Positions 9,883 to 19,555 of a stretch of DNA of 64,000 bases are shown here, piece after piece; position 1 is the stretch's first letter; every line of letters starts with the position of its first letter. Position numbers and translations under genes: made by a program. A model generated the notes under the pieces. It searched no databases. It saw only the letters and a program-made list of their open reading frames with translations, and was not told where the DNA came from. The DNA lies in assembly GCA_965227775.1 (NCBI GenBank), contig OZ245777.1:192001-256000 (forward strand), given 5' to 3'. Origin of the DNA: Phycisphaerales bacterium (GTDB lineage Bacteria; Planctomycetota; Phycisphaerae; Phycisphaerales; UBA1924).

Positions 9883-10742
9883 GCTCGCCCGGCCACGGAT
9901 GGACGAGCTGGACTCCCCTGCAGGCGTGCATCGCCGTTGCAGCAGCGCTCTTCGCGTGCTTTCCGGCCTGGAAAGATATCTATTTGTCCGCGACGACGGA
10001 TCCAGACAACGGTTACATCGTGCTGGTTCCCGCTGTCGCGGGCTGGCTCGCGATTTGCCGACGCAAGCGGCTGCGAAGCGTGGGGCGACGTGGGCTATGG
10101 ATGGGCCCGTTGATCGCCCTGCTTGCGGCTGCGGTGTACCTGTTGGGTGGAACGTTCAACGCGACACTTGCGGTCCACTTCGGCGCTATCGGCGTGCTCA
10201 TCGGGGCCATCTGGTCGGTCGCCGGCCGGAGCATCATGTTGCGGATGATCCCGGCTGTTGTCGCGTTGTTCTTTCTGGCGCCCGTTCCGATGGGCTGGTT
10301 GCTCCCGATCTCGCACGTGCTCAGCACATGGAGCCTGTCCGTGACAGCAGGCGTGCTCGAGATCTTCGGTGTGCCCGCGTACGCCAGCGGCAGCGAGTTG
10401 ATCATCGGCGCCGATCAGGTCATCCTGGGCGACTTCGCCGGTGTTCGGATGATCGCCGCAATCGGCTTGGTAACCTACGCCTTCGCGTTCGGAACCCCGT
10501 TGCGTCACGGTGTCCGCATCGCCATGGTGCTCGCCAGCCCGCTCGTGGCCGTGGTCGCGAACATCGTGCGCCTGGTGCCGTTTGCAATCCTGGCCGAAGC
10601 CTGGCCCGAGTCGATCCGCGTGCTCGCGCAGCTCAGCGGCTGGCTCACGCTCGTGCTTGCCCTTGGCATGCTGTACCTGTCTATCCGCCTACTCGCCTAC
10701 GCCCAGGTGCCGGCGCGCCGCTATGCGCTCGCGTACCAGTAG
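9879..10742 (+). CDS. Exosortase/archaeosortase family membrane protein lacking catalytic Cys and His
   Basis: About 8 TM helices, ILGDFAGVRMI in place of xxxCSGLR, VANIVRL, LAQLSGW in place of xHxxxGW; ATGA overlap with the upstream gene. Confidence 0.8.
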   Translation: MSSPGHGWTSWTPLQACIAVAAALFACFPAWKDIYLSATTDPDNGYIVLVPAVAGWLAICRRKRLRSVGRRGLWMGPLIALLAAAVYLLGGTFNATLAVHFGAIGVLIGAIWSVAGRSIMLRMIPAVVALFFLAPVPMGWLLPISHVLSTWSLSVTAGVLEIFGVPAYASGSELIIGADQVILGDFAGVRMIAAIGLVTYAFAFGTPLRHGVRIAMVLASPLVAVVANIVRLVPFAILAEAWPESIRVLAQLSGWLTLVLALGMLYLSIRLLAYAQVPARRYALAYQ

Positions 10743-10761
10743 TCTCGAAGAAGGACTCTCG

Positions 10762-11415
10762 TTGCGTCAAATCGTCCCCGTCATCACGATGCTGGCCTTA
10801 GCCCTCGCAGTCTGCGTGGCCGATCCAATCCGTCGTTCGGGGGCGGTGATCGATCTCGAATCCCTGGATGCCGAGGTCGCCAGCCTTGTTCGAGCGCCTC
10901 GCGGATGGGTTCGCGTCGAGTTTGCGCAGCCACTACCCAAGGCATATCCACCCCACTACGCGTTCATCGACGAGACGACCCAGTTTCGCCGTCTCGCGGG
11001 TACAGGAATCGAGAACGCGACTCTGATCGCGTTCTTGCGTATCGCTGTCGTGCAAGATCGTCGCGACTTACTGGCATTTGATCCCGCCGAAGCCATGCGA
11101 GCCAATGGATGGACGAGCGAGGATGGGGCCGCTGACCAGGACGCCCGTCGCACTGTGCACGGACGCGGCACAGACGCGTACGGCGATCGGGTCACCCTGG
11201 ACACGATCTACGTCGTACCGGGGGACTGGGGACCTGATCCCGCGCTCATAGCAAACGCGGGACACCGAGGGCCCGGGTGGCCCGGCCCGGGCGCGATTGT
11301 GCAGGTGCTCGTGACCGAAGGCGACGAGCAGACCGATGTGCCGGCTCTATCCGCGCTCGCCCTGCAGATCGCAGAGTCGCTCGCCGAGTCATTGCCGGGG
11401 AGCGACCAAGAGTGA
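10762..11415 (+). CDS. Exosortase-associated EpsI-like periplasmic protein (divergent)
   Basis: TTG start after GAAGGA; N-terminal TM/signal; LLAFDPAEAMRANGW resembles the EpsI HxPxxCYxxxGW motif; position directly after the exosortase. Confidence 0.55.
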   Translation: MRQIVPVITMLALALAVCVADPIRRSGAVIDLESLDAEVASLVRAPRGWVRVEFAQPLPKAYPPHYAFIDETTQFRRLAGTGIENATLIAFLRIAVVQDRRDLLAFDPAEAMRANGWTSEDGAADQDARRTVHGRGTDAYGDRVTLDTIYVVPGDWGPDPALIANAGHRGPGWPGPGAIVQVLVTEGDEQTDVPALSALALQIAESLAESLPGSDQE

Positions 11416-12821
11416 TCGCCGAGCCAGCACCCAACCCGACGGTCTTCGGGCTCTCTCCCGTCGCGTTGCACGATCGCTTCTGGGCATCGCGCGGCGTGCA
11501 GGTTGTTCGTCAGGGCATGGCCACCCCACTCGTGCGCCATGCACAACTCTTCTTGTTGTTGCAGCCACGAACGTTGTGCCTCTTCGAGTTGCCGCAGGTG
11601 GTCGACCATATCGTATGGGACGACGCGGATCTTGTCATGCTACGACTGCATGACGTTGATGAGCACGCGTACCGCGAACGCATCATCTCGCAGCACGACG
11701 GACGATTCGTCAAGATTGAACGCGTGTACGGCAGCGACGACTCGAGATTTGCGCGCGCTGCGGTGACGAATCGACCGACGGTTGCCCGACTCTGGCAGGA
11801 AGCCGAGGACCGTCGAGATGGCTGGCGCAAGCTCCGCCGTGCCGTGCGGCGCGGGCAGCGTTGGCCGATGGCCATCGATGCACGCGTATTCGACGCCGAC
11901 GACCAGACCGAGCTCTCGCGCTGCGCCCGCCTGCTCGTCGAGCGTTGGCACACACCGAACAGCACCATCGACCGGGCCAAGCCGCGCGGCAACGGGGCCT
12001 GGATCGACCCCACGGCGACACTCGATCAGGGTGCTCAGTGCATCGGTCGCGTGTGGGTCGGCGCGGGGCGCTCCATTGAAGGCGACGACCTGCTCGTCGG
12101 ACCCGACATCGTCTGGGACGATCCCGCTCACACACCGGATCCCGGTGACGTGCGATGGCTCGACCTGCAGCCCAGCGAGCGCACCGAGCCGCTCCGGCCG
12201 CGATCGGTCCCCACGCTCGAACGCGCGATCAAGCGTGGCTTCGACATCGTCTTTGCCCTCGCGGCGCTTGCGGTCACGCTGCCGATCTATCCGATCGTCA
12301 TGCTCGCAATCTGGCTCGAGGACGGCCGCCCATTCTTCTTTGCGCACACCCGAGAGTCCCTCAACGCGAAGGACTTCCCGTGCCTGAAGTTCCGATCGAT
12401 GCGCAAGGACGCCGAGAACATGAAGGCCGAGCTCGCCGCACTCAACCAGGTGGATGGGCCCCAGTTCTACATCAAGGACGACCCACGACTGACGCGCGTG
12501 GGCAAGTTCATCCGCAAGGTGCAGATCGATGAGTTGCCGCAATTCCTGAACGTTCTCGTGGGGCATATGTCCGTCGTTGGACCGCGGCCGAGCCCGTACA
12601 AAGAGAACCAATACTGCCCCGGTTGGCGAGAGGCGCGGCTCAGTGTGCGTCCAGGCGTGACGGGCCTGTGGCAGGTCAAGCGCACGCGGGCGGCCGACAG
12701 CGACTTCCAGGAGTGGATTCGCTACGACATTGAGTACGTCGAGAACATGAGCCTCTGGCTCGACCTCAAGATCATCTGGCGGACCATCGCGACGATCATC
12801 CGGTCGATCCGGCGTTCGTGA
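11412..12821 (+). CDS. Priming phosphoglycosyl transferase (Bac_transf) with long N-terminal extension
   Basis: [76 protein letters not shown] overlap. Confidence 0.92.
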   Translation: MIAEPAPNPTVFGLSPVALHDRFWASRGVQVVRQGMATPLVRHAQLFLLLQPRTLCLFELPQVVDHIVWDDADLVMLRLHDVDEHAYRERIISQHDGRFVKIERVYGSDDSRFARAAVTNRPTVARLWQEAEDRRDGWRKLRRAVRRGQRWPMAIDARVFDADDQTELSRCARLLVERWHTPNSTIDRAKPRGNGAWIDPTATLDQGAQCIGRVWVGAGRSIEGDDLLVGPDIVWDDPAHTPDPGDVRWLDLQPSERTEPLRPRSVPTLERAIKRGFDIVFALAALAVTLPIYPIVMLAIWLEDGRPFFFAHTRESLNAKDFPCLKFRSMRKDAENMKAELAALNQVDGPQFYIKDDPRLTRVGKFIRKVQIDELPQFLNVLVGHMSVVGPRPSPYKENQYCPGWREARLSVRPGVTGLWQVKRTRAADSDFQEWIRYDIEYVENMSLWLDLKIIWRTIATIIRSIRRS

Positions 12822-12825
12822 GCAT

Positions 12826-14898
12826 CTACCAGGCTTGCTCGCCCAACGGCTCGCCTTCATACTGCTCGACGGGCACACCCTCTGGCATGGCCTTGACAAA
12901 TAGCGATCCATACCGTGCGGTGACGACGCGCGGATCAAGCACGACCACCTGACCGGTATCGCTCGCGCTCCGAATGAGGCGGCCAAAACCCTGCTTAAAG
13001 CGAATGACCGCGCGTGGCAGGCTATCGACTCGGAACGGGTCCTTGCCCTGCTCCTTCAATCGCTCGGCCCGTGCTTCGGCCAACGGTCGATCGGGAGGAT
13101 CGAATGGCAGCCGAGTGATGATGACATTGCGGAGGTTGTCGCCTGGAACGTCGACGCCCTGCCAGAAGCTGGCCGCGCCAAAGAGGGCCGAGCTCGGATC
13201 CTCGCGGAACCGCTCGAGAATGAGCGCCCGAGAGCCATCGGCTTCCTGCGCGTGCAGGTTGATGCCCAGGCGTCCCAGTGGGTCGCGGCAGGCCCGAGCC
13301 ATCGCGCGCAGCAGCCGGTGGCTTGTGAACAGCACGAACGCGCCGCCACGCGTCGTGCCGACGTGCTCCACGATCGCCGCGGCCAGGCGCTCTTCATAGC
13401 CGCGATCGAGCCCGCGGCCGGGCGTGCCCACGCGCTGGTCGACGACCAACCGGACCTGCCTCCCGTAGTCAAAGGGCGAGCCCAGCCGGAGCGTGGAAGC
13501 GCCAACGGCACCGAGTCGCTCGATGGCGTGATCGAAGCCCGAATCGTCATCGCGTCCACTGGTCGCCAGTGTCGCGCTGGTGAGGCTCACCGAGAAGTCG
13601 CGGCCGAAGAGCTCTTCGCCCAGGATCGGCCCGACGTCGATCGGTGCGCACGTCAGGCTCACGCGTGGGCGGCCCGTGCTGCTGCGGCTGGCGTCGACCC
13701 AGTACACGAAGCCCGTCTGGCTCTGCTCGACCAACGCGTCGCACGCTCGCCCGATCTCGGCAGCGCGCATCGTGTAGCTGTTGAGCTCGAACTTGTCGGG
13801 CTCGTAGCGAGGCTCGTCGGGCAGGGCCTCCTTCAGCCGCTTCAGACGTCCCGCGAGCTCGTCGAACGCCGGCGTCACGCTGTTGCCAACCACGCCCGGC
13901 TCCCGGACGCGCAGGCTTCCACCCTCACCGCCGCTCTTCTCGCCCGCGACGACGCCCAATGAGCCGAAGAACTCGCGAGCCGCAAGCTCCGCCTCGTGCA
14001 CAGCGTTCGCCGCGGCCAGCAATGGCCGATCGTCCTCGAGCTCGAGGTTCGCCAGGTAACCCTTGTTCGTCCGGCTGTTGAGCAACACGCCGAGCAGGTG
14101 CATGACGCGGCCCTCGGTCAGCGAGAGCCCGAAGTGGTCGGCGGCGACTTCCTCGACCGTGTGGGCTTCGTCGAGCACGACGTGGTCGTACCGCGGTAGA
14201 AAACCCGTGCCGCGCGCACGAAGGGCGAGGTCGCTGAAGAAGAGCGCATGGTTTGTGACCAGCAGATTTGCCCGTTCCATGTCTCGCCGGGCATTCTGAT
14301 AGAAGCACTGGCTGTGTCGTGGGCACTTGCGGCCCATGCAATTGCCGCTGTCGCTCTGTACGCGGTCCCACACGCCTGGCTTCTCGAGCGCGGGCAGCGT
14401 GCTGAGCGTGCCATCTTCGGTCACGTAGGCCCACTCCTCGATCGTGCCGAGCGAACGCCGGCTGGGCTCATCGCCGAACAGCTTGAGCCGTCGCTTGCTT
14501 GCCAGCTCCAGGCGGCGGATCGACAGGTAATTGCCCCGGCCCTTGACGAGCGAGGCGTGCAGTTCGCTGCGGCTGCCCGGCTGGGCCAGCAGCGCCGGCT
14601 GCAGCACGCGCTCGAGCAGCGGGATGTCTCGCGCAATGAGCTGCTCCTGCAGTGCGATGGTGTGCGTCGAGACGACGACGCGCTCCCCGAAGCAGATGGC
14701 CCGGACCATCGCCGGCACGAGGTACGCAAAGCTCTTCCCCACACCCGTGCCCGCCTCGGCCAGCAGGTGCGCACGGTTCTCCATCGTGCGCTGCACGGCG
14801 TCGGCCATGCCAAGCTGCTCGGGCCTGGGCTCGTACCGCTCGCCCAACGCCTCGGCGATGGGTCCGTCGGATTCGAGGAGATCGCGGGCGTCGGGCAT
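12826..14898 (-). CDS. DinG/YoaA family ATP-dependent DNA helicase
   Basis: EAGTGVGKS, STHTIALQEQL, TNHALF, LDEAH, TSATL, FWQGVDVPG, FKQGFGRLIRS. Confidence 0.92.
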   Translation of the reverse strand: MPDARDLLESDGPIAEALGERYEPRPEQLGMADAVQRTMENRAHLLAEAGTGVGKSFAYLVPAMVRAICFGERVVVSTHTIALQEQLIARDIPLLERVLQPALLAQPGSRSELHASLVKGRGNYLSIRRLELASKRRLKLFGDEPSRRSLGTIEEWAYVTEDGTLSTLPALEKPGVWDRVQSDSGNCMGRKCPRHSQCFYQNARRDMERANLLVTNHALFFSDLALRARGTGFLPRYDHVVLDEAHTVEEVAADHFGLSLTEGRVMHLLGVLLNSRTNKGYLANLELEDDRPLLAAANAVHEAELAAREFFGSLGVVAGEKSGGEGGSLRVREPGVVGNSVTPAFDELAGRLKRLKEALPDEPRYEPDKFELNSYTMRAAEIGRACDALVEQSQTGFVYWVDASRSSTGRPRVSLTCAPIDVGPILGEELFGRDFSVSLTSATLATSGRDDDSGFDHAIERLGAVGASTLRLGSPFDYGRQVRLVVDQRVGTPGRGLDRGYEERLAAAIVEHVGTTRGGAFVLFTSHRLLRAMARACRDPLGRLGINLHAQEADGSRALILERFREDPSSALFGAASFWQGVDVPGDNLRNVIITRLPFDPPDRPLAEARAERLKEQGKDPFRVDSLPRAVIRFKQGFGRLIRSASDTGQVVVLDPRVVTARYGSLFVKAMPEGVPVEQYEGEPLGEQAW

Positions 14899-15707
14899 CA
14901 GAGCCCCAGTGGCTTGCGCTTGGGCTCGCCGTTGCCGCGCGGGTAGGCCTTGGGTGTCGGCCGCAACTTTTCGAGCATGACGATCCTGCCCGTGGGCGTC
15001 TCGAGCGTGCCGGCGTGGGCGCTCAGCAGCAGGTGCAGGGCGGCCTTGGCGTTCTCGAGTTCCTCGCCCGCCTTCTCGCCCTTGATGAGCAATGCAACGC
15101 CGCCGGGCTTGACGAACGGCGTGGCGAGTTCGGCGATGGTCACCATTGGTCCCACGGCTCGCGCGATGGCGGCGTCGTAGGTGTCGCGATGGGCGGAGTC
15201 ACGGGCGGCCTGCTCGGCCCGTGCGGTGACGACTGTCGAATGTTCCACGCCCAACACATCCAGCACGGCGCGCACGAAGGCGGTCTTCTTGGCCGTCGCA
15301 TCGAGCAAGGTGAACCGAAGATCGGGCCTCACGATCGCGAGCGGCACGCCGGGAACGCCGCCACCGGTGCCGATGTCGATGACTGTCGCGCCCGTGTGCA
15401 ACTCGGCCAGCGGCGCCATGAGCGTCAGGGAGTCCAGGATGTGCCGCGTCCAAGCGTCGGCCGGGGTCTTGATGGCCGTCAGGTTCATCCGCGTGTTGGC
15501 GTGCAGCAGGATGGCCAAGAAGCGGCCGAGCTTCTCGATCTCGCCGGGCTCGAAGGCGATGCCGAGTTCGGCGGCGGCCGCGACGAACTCGGGCGGCGCG
15601 GTCAACGGCTCGGCCGGCGCATCGGCGAGGACCTCTGCGATGAACGCTTGAACATCTCGATCAGGGGCTGGGACGGGTTCGGACGTTGCTGAGGACCGGC
15701 TGGGCAT
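14898..15707 (-). CDS. rsmG: 16S rRNA m7G527 methyltransferase
   Basis: NTRMNLTAI, RHILDSL, DIGTGGGVPGVPLAI, LLDATAKKTAF, ARAV, YPRGNGEPKRKPL. Confidence 0.92.
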   Translation of the reverse strand: MPSRSSATSEPVPAPDRDVQAFIAEVLADAPAEPLTAPPEFVAAAAELGIAFEPGEIEKLGRFLAILLHANTRMNLTAIKTPADAWTRHILDSLTLMAPLAELHTGATVIDIGTGGGVPGVPLAIVRPDLRFTLLDATAKKTAFVRAVLDVLGVEHSTVVTARAEQAARDSAHRDTYDAAIARAVGPMVTIAELATPFVKPGGVALLIKGEKAGEELENAKAALHLLLSAHAGTLETPTGRIVMLEKLRPTPKAYPRGNGEPKRKPLGL

Positions 15708-16911
15708 CGCCCTCAGCGTATTCAAACGACGGGCGGTACGACTGGCTCGTTCTCCGCAAACCGACGCCCAGCACGAGCCCGGTGGTGAGCCAGACCGCCA
15801 CGATGCTCGAGCCGCCGTAACTGAGGAACGGCAGCGTGATGCCCACAATGGGGACGAGCCCAACGTTCATACCAACGTTGACGATGGTCTGTGCAGCGAT
15901 CAGGGCTGCGAGCCCCACGCACAGCAGCCTGCCGAACGGGTCGGCACACGTCGCCGCAACGCCCAGCGCCCCGAGCAGCCAGGCGAGGTACAGCCCCAGG
16001 ATGCCCACGCCGCCCCAGAAGCCGAAGCGCGTGACGAGGACGCTGTAGACCATGTCGTTGTGCGCCTCGGGCAAGCGGTTGTACCGGATGAGGGCACGGG
16101 CGTGCTCGTCGGCGTTGCCCGTGGTCTGGCCCGCGCCGATGACGCGTTGGGCCGTGCCGCCCTGGAAGTTGATGCCATCGGCTCCTTCGGTGCTGCCCTG
16201 CAACTGGCGGATGAGACCTACGACGCGCTCCTTCTGGTAGTCCTTCAGGAAGGGATAGCTCGCGGGCGCGGCCATGGCAGCCACGAGCGCGATGACGGCG
16301 ATGTGCTTGAGCTTGGCGCCCGCGGCCACGATGATGGCACCCAGCGCCGGCACGATCATCATGGCCGTACCGAAGTCCGGCTGCAGGATGATGAGCGAGA
16401 TCGGCACAAACGCGATGAGCCCCGGGCCGACGAGCCCGAAGAACCGCCGGTGGCTGCTGCGATACCGCATATGCCAGGCAAGCGTGATGACGAACACGAC
16501 CTTGGCGAGTTCGGCGGGCTGGAAGTCCATAGGCCCCAGATCGATCCATCCGCGTGTGCCGTTGCGCGGGCGGACGATGGACTCGGGCACCGCCGGAATG
16601 AGCAGGAACACGAGGAACGCGAGCGTGGCGGTGATGAGCGGCCAGCGGAGGATTCCGAACCAGCGGTAGTGCGGCACGCACGCGAATCCCGCGGCGATGA
16701 TGCCCACGCCCACGAACAGCAACTGGCGGTGTGCGGTGGGGCTCAGACCCGTTGCGCCGTCGCTCTTGGTCGCGATGTCGATGGCGTAGACGCCCAGCAA
16801 TGAGAGCGCGATGGCGGCGGCAAAGCTCAGCCAGCCGAGATTGGCGATGGCCCATCGGGCCCTGGAGCCCGATCCCTCGGCGAGCATAAAGCCGTGCACG
16901 CGGTCGAGCAT
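15661..16911 (-). CDS. rodA: SEDS family peptidoglycan polymerase RodA
   Basis: GTRGWIDLG..FQPAELAK, LQPDFGTA, LPEAHNDM, VGITLPFLSYGGSS; start overlaps the PBP stop codon. Confidence 0.9.
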   Translation of the reverse strand: MLDRVHGFMLAEGSGSRARWAIANLGWLSFAAAIALSLLGVYAIDIATKSDGATGLSPTAHRQLLFVGVGIIAAGFACVPHYRWFGILRWPLITATLAFLVFLLIPAVPESIVRPRNGTRGWIDLGPMDFQPAELAKVVFVITLAWHMRYRSSHRRFFGLVGPGLIAFVPISLIILQPDFGTAMMIVPALGAIIVAAGAKLKHIAVIALVAAMAAPASYPFLKDYQKERVVGLIRQLQGSTEGADGINFQGGTAQRVIGAGQTTGNADEHARALIRYNRLPEAHNDMVYSVLVTRFGFWGGVGILGLYLAWLLGALGVAATCADPFGRLLCVGLAALIAAQTIVNVGMNVGLVPIVGITLPFLSYGGSSIVAVWLTTGLVLGVGLRRTSQSYRPSFEYAEGDAQPVLSNVRTRPSP

Positions 16912-19406
16912 TAGCCTTGCTCGCCCGCGGACCCGCGTGGCAAGTATCCCTCGGCCTGCAACGCGTGGATGACCTGGTTGGCGATGGGCCCGCTGACGCG
17001 GCCGCCGCTGCCGGCGAACTCCATCATGACGCTGATGGCGTACTTGGGCTTCTCGCCCTCGGGCGCGACGAGCCCGACGAACCACGCGTGCGTGTAGTTT
17101 GCCCTGACGGGGCGGAACCTCGTCTCGGTGCCGGGCGGCTCCTCGTTCGGTGGCCAGATGATCGAACCGTCGGGCGCGACACGGACTTCTTTCGTGAGCG
17201 TGGCGTTTTGCTGGGCCGTGCCGGTCTTGCCCCAGACGCTGACGCCCGGCGCGGTGAAGTAGCGGATGGATTCGTCGTTGATCGTGGTGCCGAATCCGGT
17301 GCCGCCCATTTCGTTCACGCTCTGCCAGAGGCCTTCGAGTGCGCGCTCGATCGAGCTGGGGTCGAGGCCGATGTCCTGGCGTGGCGGCGGGGTCTCGCTG
17401 CGTATGAGCGTTGGGCCGAGCCGCACGCCACCGCGCGCGAGCGTGGCGAACGCGTCGGCGGCGTGCAGCGGCGTCCACGCAACCGGGCCCTGGCCGATGC
17501 CCAGCATCACCGCGTCGTTGCGCGTGGGTCGCACCTCGATCGGGTTGCCGTCTTCGTCGCGGCGCGGGATCAGGCCGAGCACACCCTGGGCGCACGGCAC
17601 GGCATCGAGCGGCGACGATCCAACGCCGAACTGGCGGTACGCCTCGATCATGCGGTCGTAGCCCAAGCGAGCGCCCAGCGTGTAGAAATAGATGTTACAA
17701 GATCGCTTGAGCGCCTCGGCCTCGTCGAGATCTCCGCCCGCCACCATGTTGTGGGTCAGAAAGCCGTGTTCGCGGCGATAAATCCAGCATCGGAGCACGT
17801 CCTTGCGGTCGGGCAGGTAGTGCCCGTCGCAGGCGATGCGCTCGCCGAGTTGTTGCTCGCCGCGGCTGGCGGCCCAGACGAGCGTCAGGGCCTTGGCAAT
17901 GCTGCCGGGCGCGTAGATCGCCGATGTGGCGCGATTGAATCGCGGATCGTCCCAATCCTGGGTTTCGAGGCCATCGGGCCTCGTGGCGCTGCCGATGGGG
18001 TCGTCGGGGTCGACCGTGGGTGTGCTGACGAGCGCGAGCACTTCACCCGTTTCGATATCTATGACGACCGCAGCCCCGGCGAGCGAAAGCCCTTCGTCGC
18101 GCCGGCTCTGGTTGCTCCCGTGCCAGCCCTGGGCAATGGTCAGGCCGACCTCCGGGCTCATGGCCGCGGCGATGCGCGCCTGGAGCACGGCGTCGAGCGT
18201 GAGCGTGACATCCTGGCCCGGAGTGCGCTCGATCGCGTGCTGCTCGCCGGTGTCGAGACGGCGCACGCGCACACCGCGCAGTCCGCGGAGCATGTGCTCC
18301 ATCTTGTATTCAACGCCGCTGTGGCCGACGTGGTCTCCCTCCATGTATCGTCCGCGGTCATCGCCTCGGTCGGTCGTGGCGAGCACGACTTGATTAGCGT
18401 CTGCAACTCCATCGAGCCAAGCCGCTCGGCGATTCACGTCTTCGGCATAGACGGCGCGACGCGTGCGCCCGATGATGGCGTCGAGCGTGCCCCCCACCGT
18501 CACGCTGAGCGAGGCATCCCCGCGGCCGTCGCCCTTCAGCGGGCCGGGGAGCGTCGCACGGTCGAAATCGACGGTGATCTTGCGATACGGGTACTGGCGA
18601 TCGCGCGCATCGCCGACGCTCAACCCCGGAACGACCGGCAGTTCGACTCGGACACGCCTGCTCGTGGCCTTGCCGTCAACATCGAGCACGGGTGCTTCGA
18701 AGGGCACCGTTCTCTCGGCGAGTTCCATGATGGTGAGGCCCACTTCGTCCTCGACGCGCGAGATGACCGTGTGGGGCTGCTCTTGCTCGGCGACGGGGCG
18801 GCGGGCCTGGGCGGCGAGCCTGTCCTCCAGCTCGTCGGTGAGCTCTTGGCCGCGGGCCTCGGCTCGCTCCTTGAGCTGGTTCATGCGGTAGCCGGCGTAG
18901 AGCTTGGCGATCTTGCCGACGCGGGCGACGATGTGGGTCTGCCGCTCGAGAATATCGGCGAGCGGGACGTCGGCAACGCTGGCCAGCTCGATCATCCCTC
19001 GCTCGACGTGTTCTTGGAGGAAGGGCTCGTACGACCTTGCCAGCGCGTCTCGTTGTTCGGAAGCGAGCTCGGGCCATGCTTCTTCATGGGCCGCTCGGGC
19101 GAAACGGACGGCCATGACTTCGACCCATACGCCGCTGAGCACGGCGTAGTCGAGGCGAACATCGAAGCTGGGGCGATCCTGGGCGAGCACGCGGCCTGTG
19201 CGATCGAGGATTCGGCCGCGAACAGTGGGCTCGTAGGCGAGCCGCTCGAGGCGTCGCTCGGCGTCGGCCTTGAGCCGGTCGCCGTCGATGAAGCTGAGCC
19301 GGCCGAGTTGGGCGGTGAGGGCGGCAAAGCCAACCATCCCAAGGGCGGCCAAGAGCACCAGCCGCCCGTGGAACATTCCTAATCCGTCTTTCTCGTACAT
19401 GCCCAT
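16911..19406 (-). CDS. mrdA: Class B penicillin-binding protein (PBP2-like transpeptidase)
   Basis: N-terminal TM, RGRILDRTG, GHSGVE, SxxK (PGSIAK), SxN (RSCNIYF), KTG (GKTGTAQ). Start may instead be 19376. Confidence 0.88.
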   Translation of the reverse strand: MGMYEKDGLGMFHGRLVLLAALGMVGFAALTAQLGRLSFIDGDRLKADAERRLERLAYEPTVRGRILDRTGRVLAQDRPSFDVRLDYAVLSGVWVEVMAVRFARAAHEEAWPELASEQRDALARSYEPFLQEHVERGMIELASVADVPLADILERQTHIVARVGKIAKLYAGYRMNQLKERAEARGQELTDELEDRLAAQARRPVAEQEQPHTVISRVEDEVGLTIMELAERTVPFEAPVLDVDGKATSRRVRVELPVVPGLSVGDARDRQYPYRKITVDFDRATLPGPLKGDGRGDASLSVTVGGTLDAIIGRTRRAVYAEDVNRRAAWLDGVADANQVVLATTDRGDDRGRYMEGDHVGHSGVEYKMEHMLRGLRGVRVRRLDTGEQHAIERTPGQDVTLTLDAVLQARIAAAMSPEVGLTIAQGWHGSNQSRRDEGLSLAGAAVVIDIETGEVLALVSTPTVDPDDPIGSATRPDGLETQDWDDPRFNRATSAIYAPGSIAKALTLVWAASRGEQQLGERIACDGHYLPDRKDVLRCWIYRREHGFLTHNMVAGGDLDEAEALKRSCNIYFYTLGARLGYDRMIEAYRQFGVGSSPLDAVPCAQGVLGLIPRRDEDGNPIEVRPTRNDAVMLGIGQGPVAWTPLHAADAFATLARGGVRLGPTLIRSETPPPRQDIGLDPSSIERALEGLWQSVNEMGGTGFGTTINDESIRYFTAPGVSVWGKTGTAQQNATLTKEVRVAPDGSIIWPPNEEPPGTETRFRPVRANYTHAWFVGLVAPEGEKPKYAISVMMEFAGSGGRVSGPIANQVIHALQAEGYLPRGSAGEQG

Positions 19407-19555
19407 GGGCGACGTCCTTGCGCGGGCGATGCGATTCGGGCCTTCCGGTGGCCCCCTGAGGGTATCGGGTGTTGGGGCGAGGGGGCACGAAGGCCACTGC
19501 GTCTGGGGGGGCTTCATCCGTTAGGGACGGCCCGACTTGGCGTACGCTACTGGCC

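Noticed and set aside
16917..19382. Long antisense ORFs (821 aa here; also 34044-36527, 51302-53428, 36679-38328, 61260-62936)
   Set aside because: Shadow frames of well-supported genes in high-GC DNA, with no recognisable motifs.
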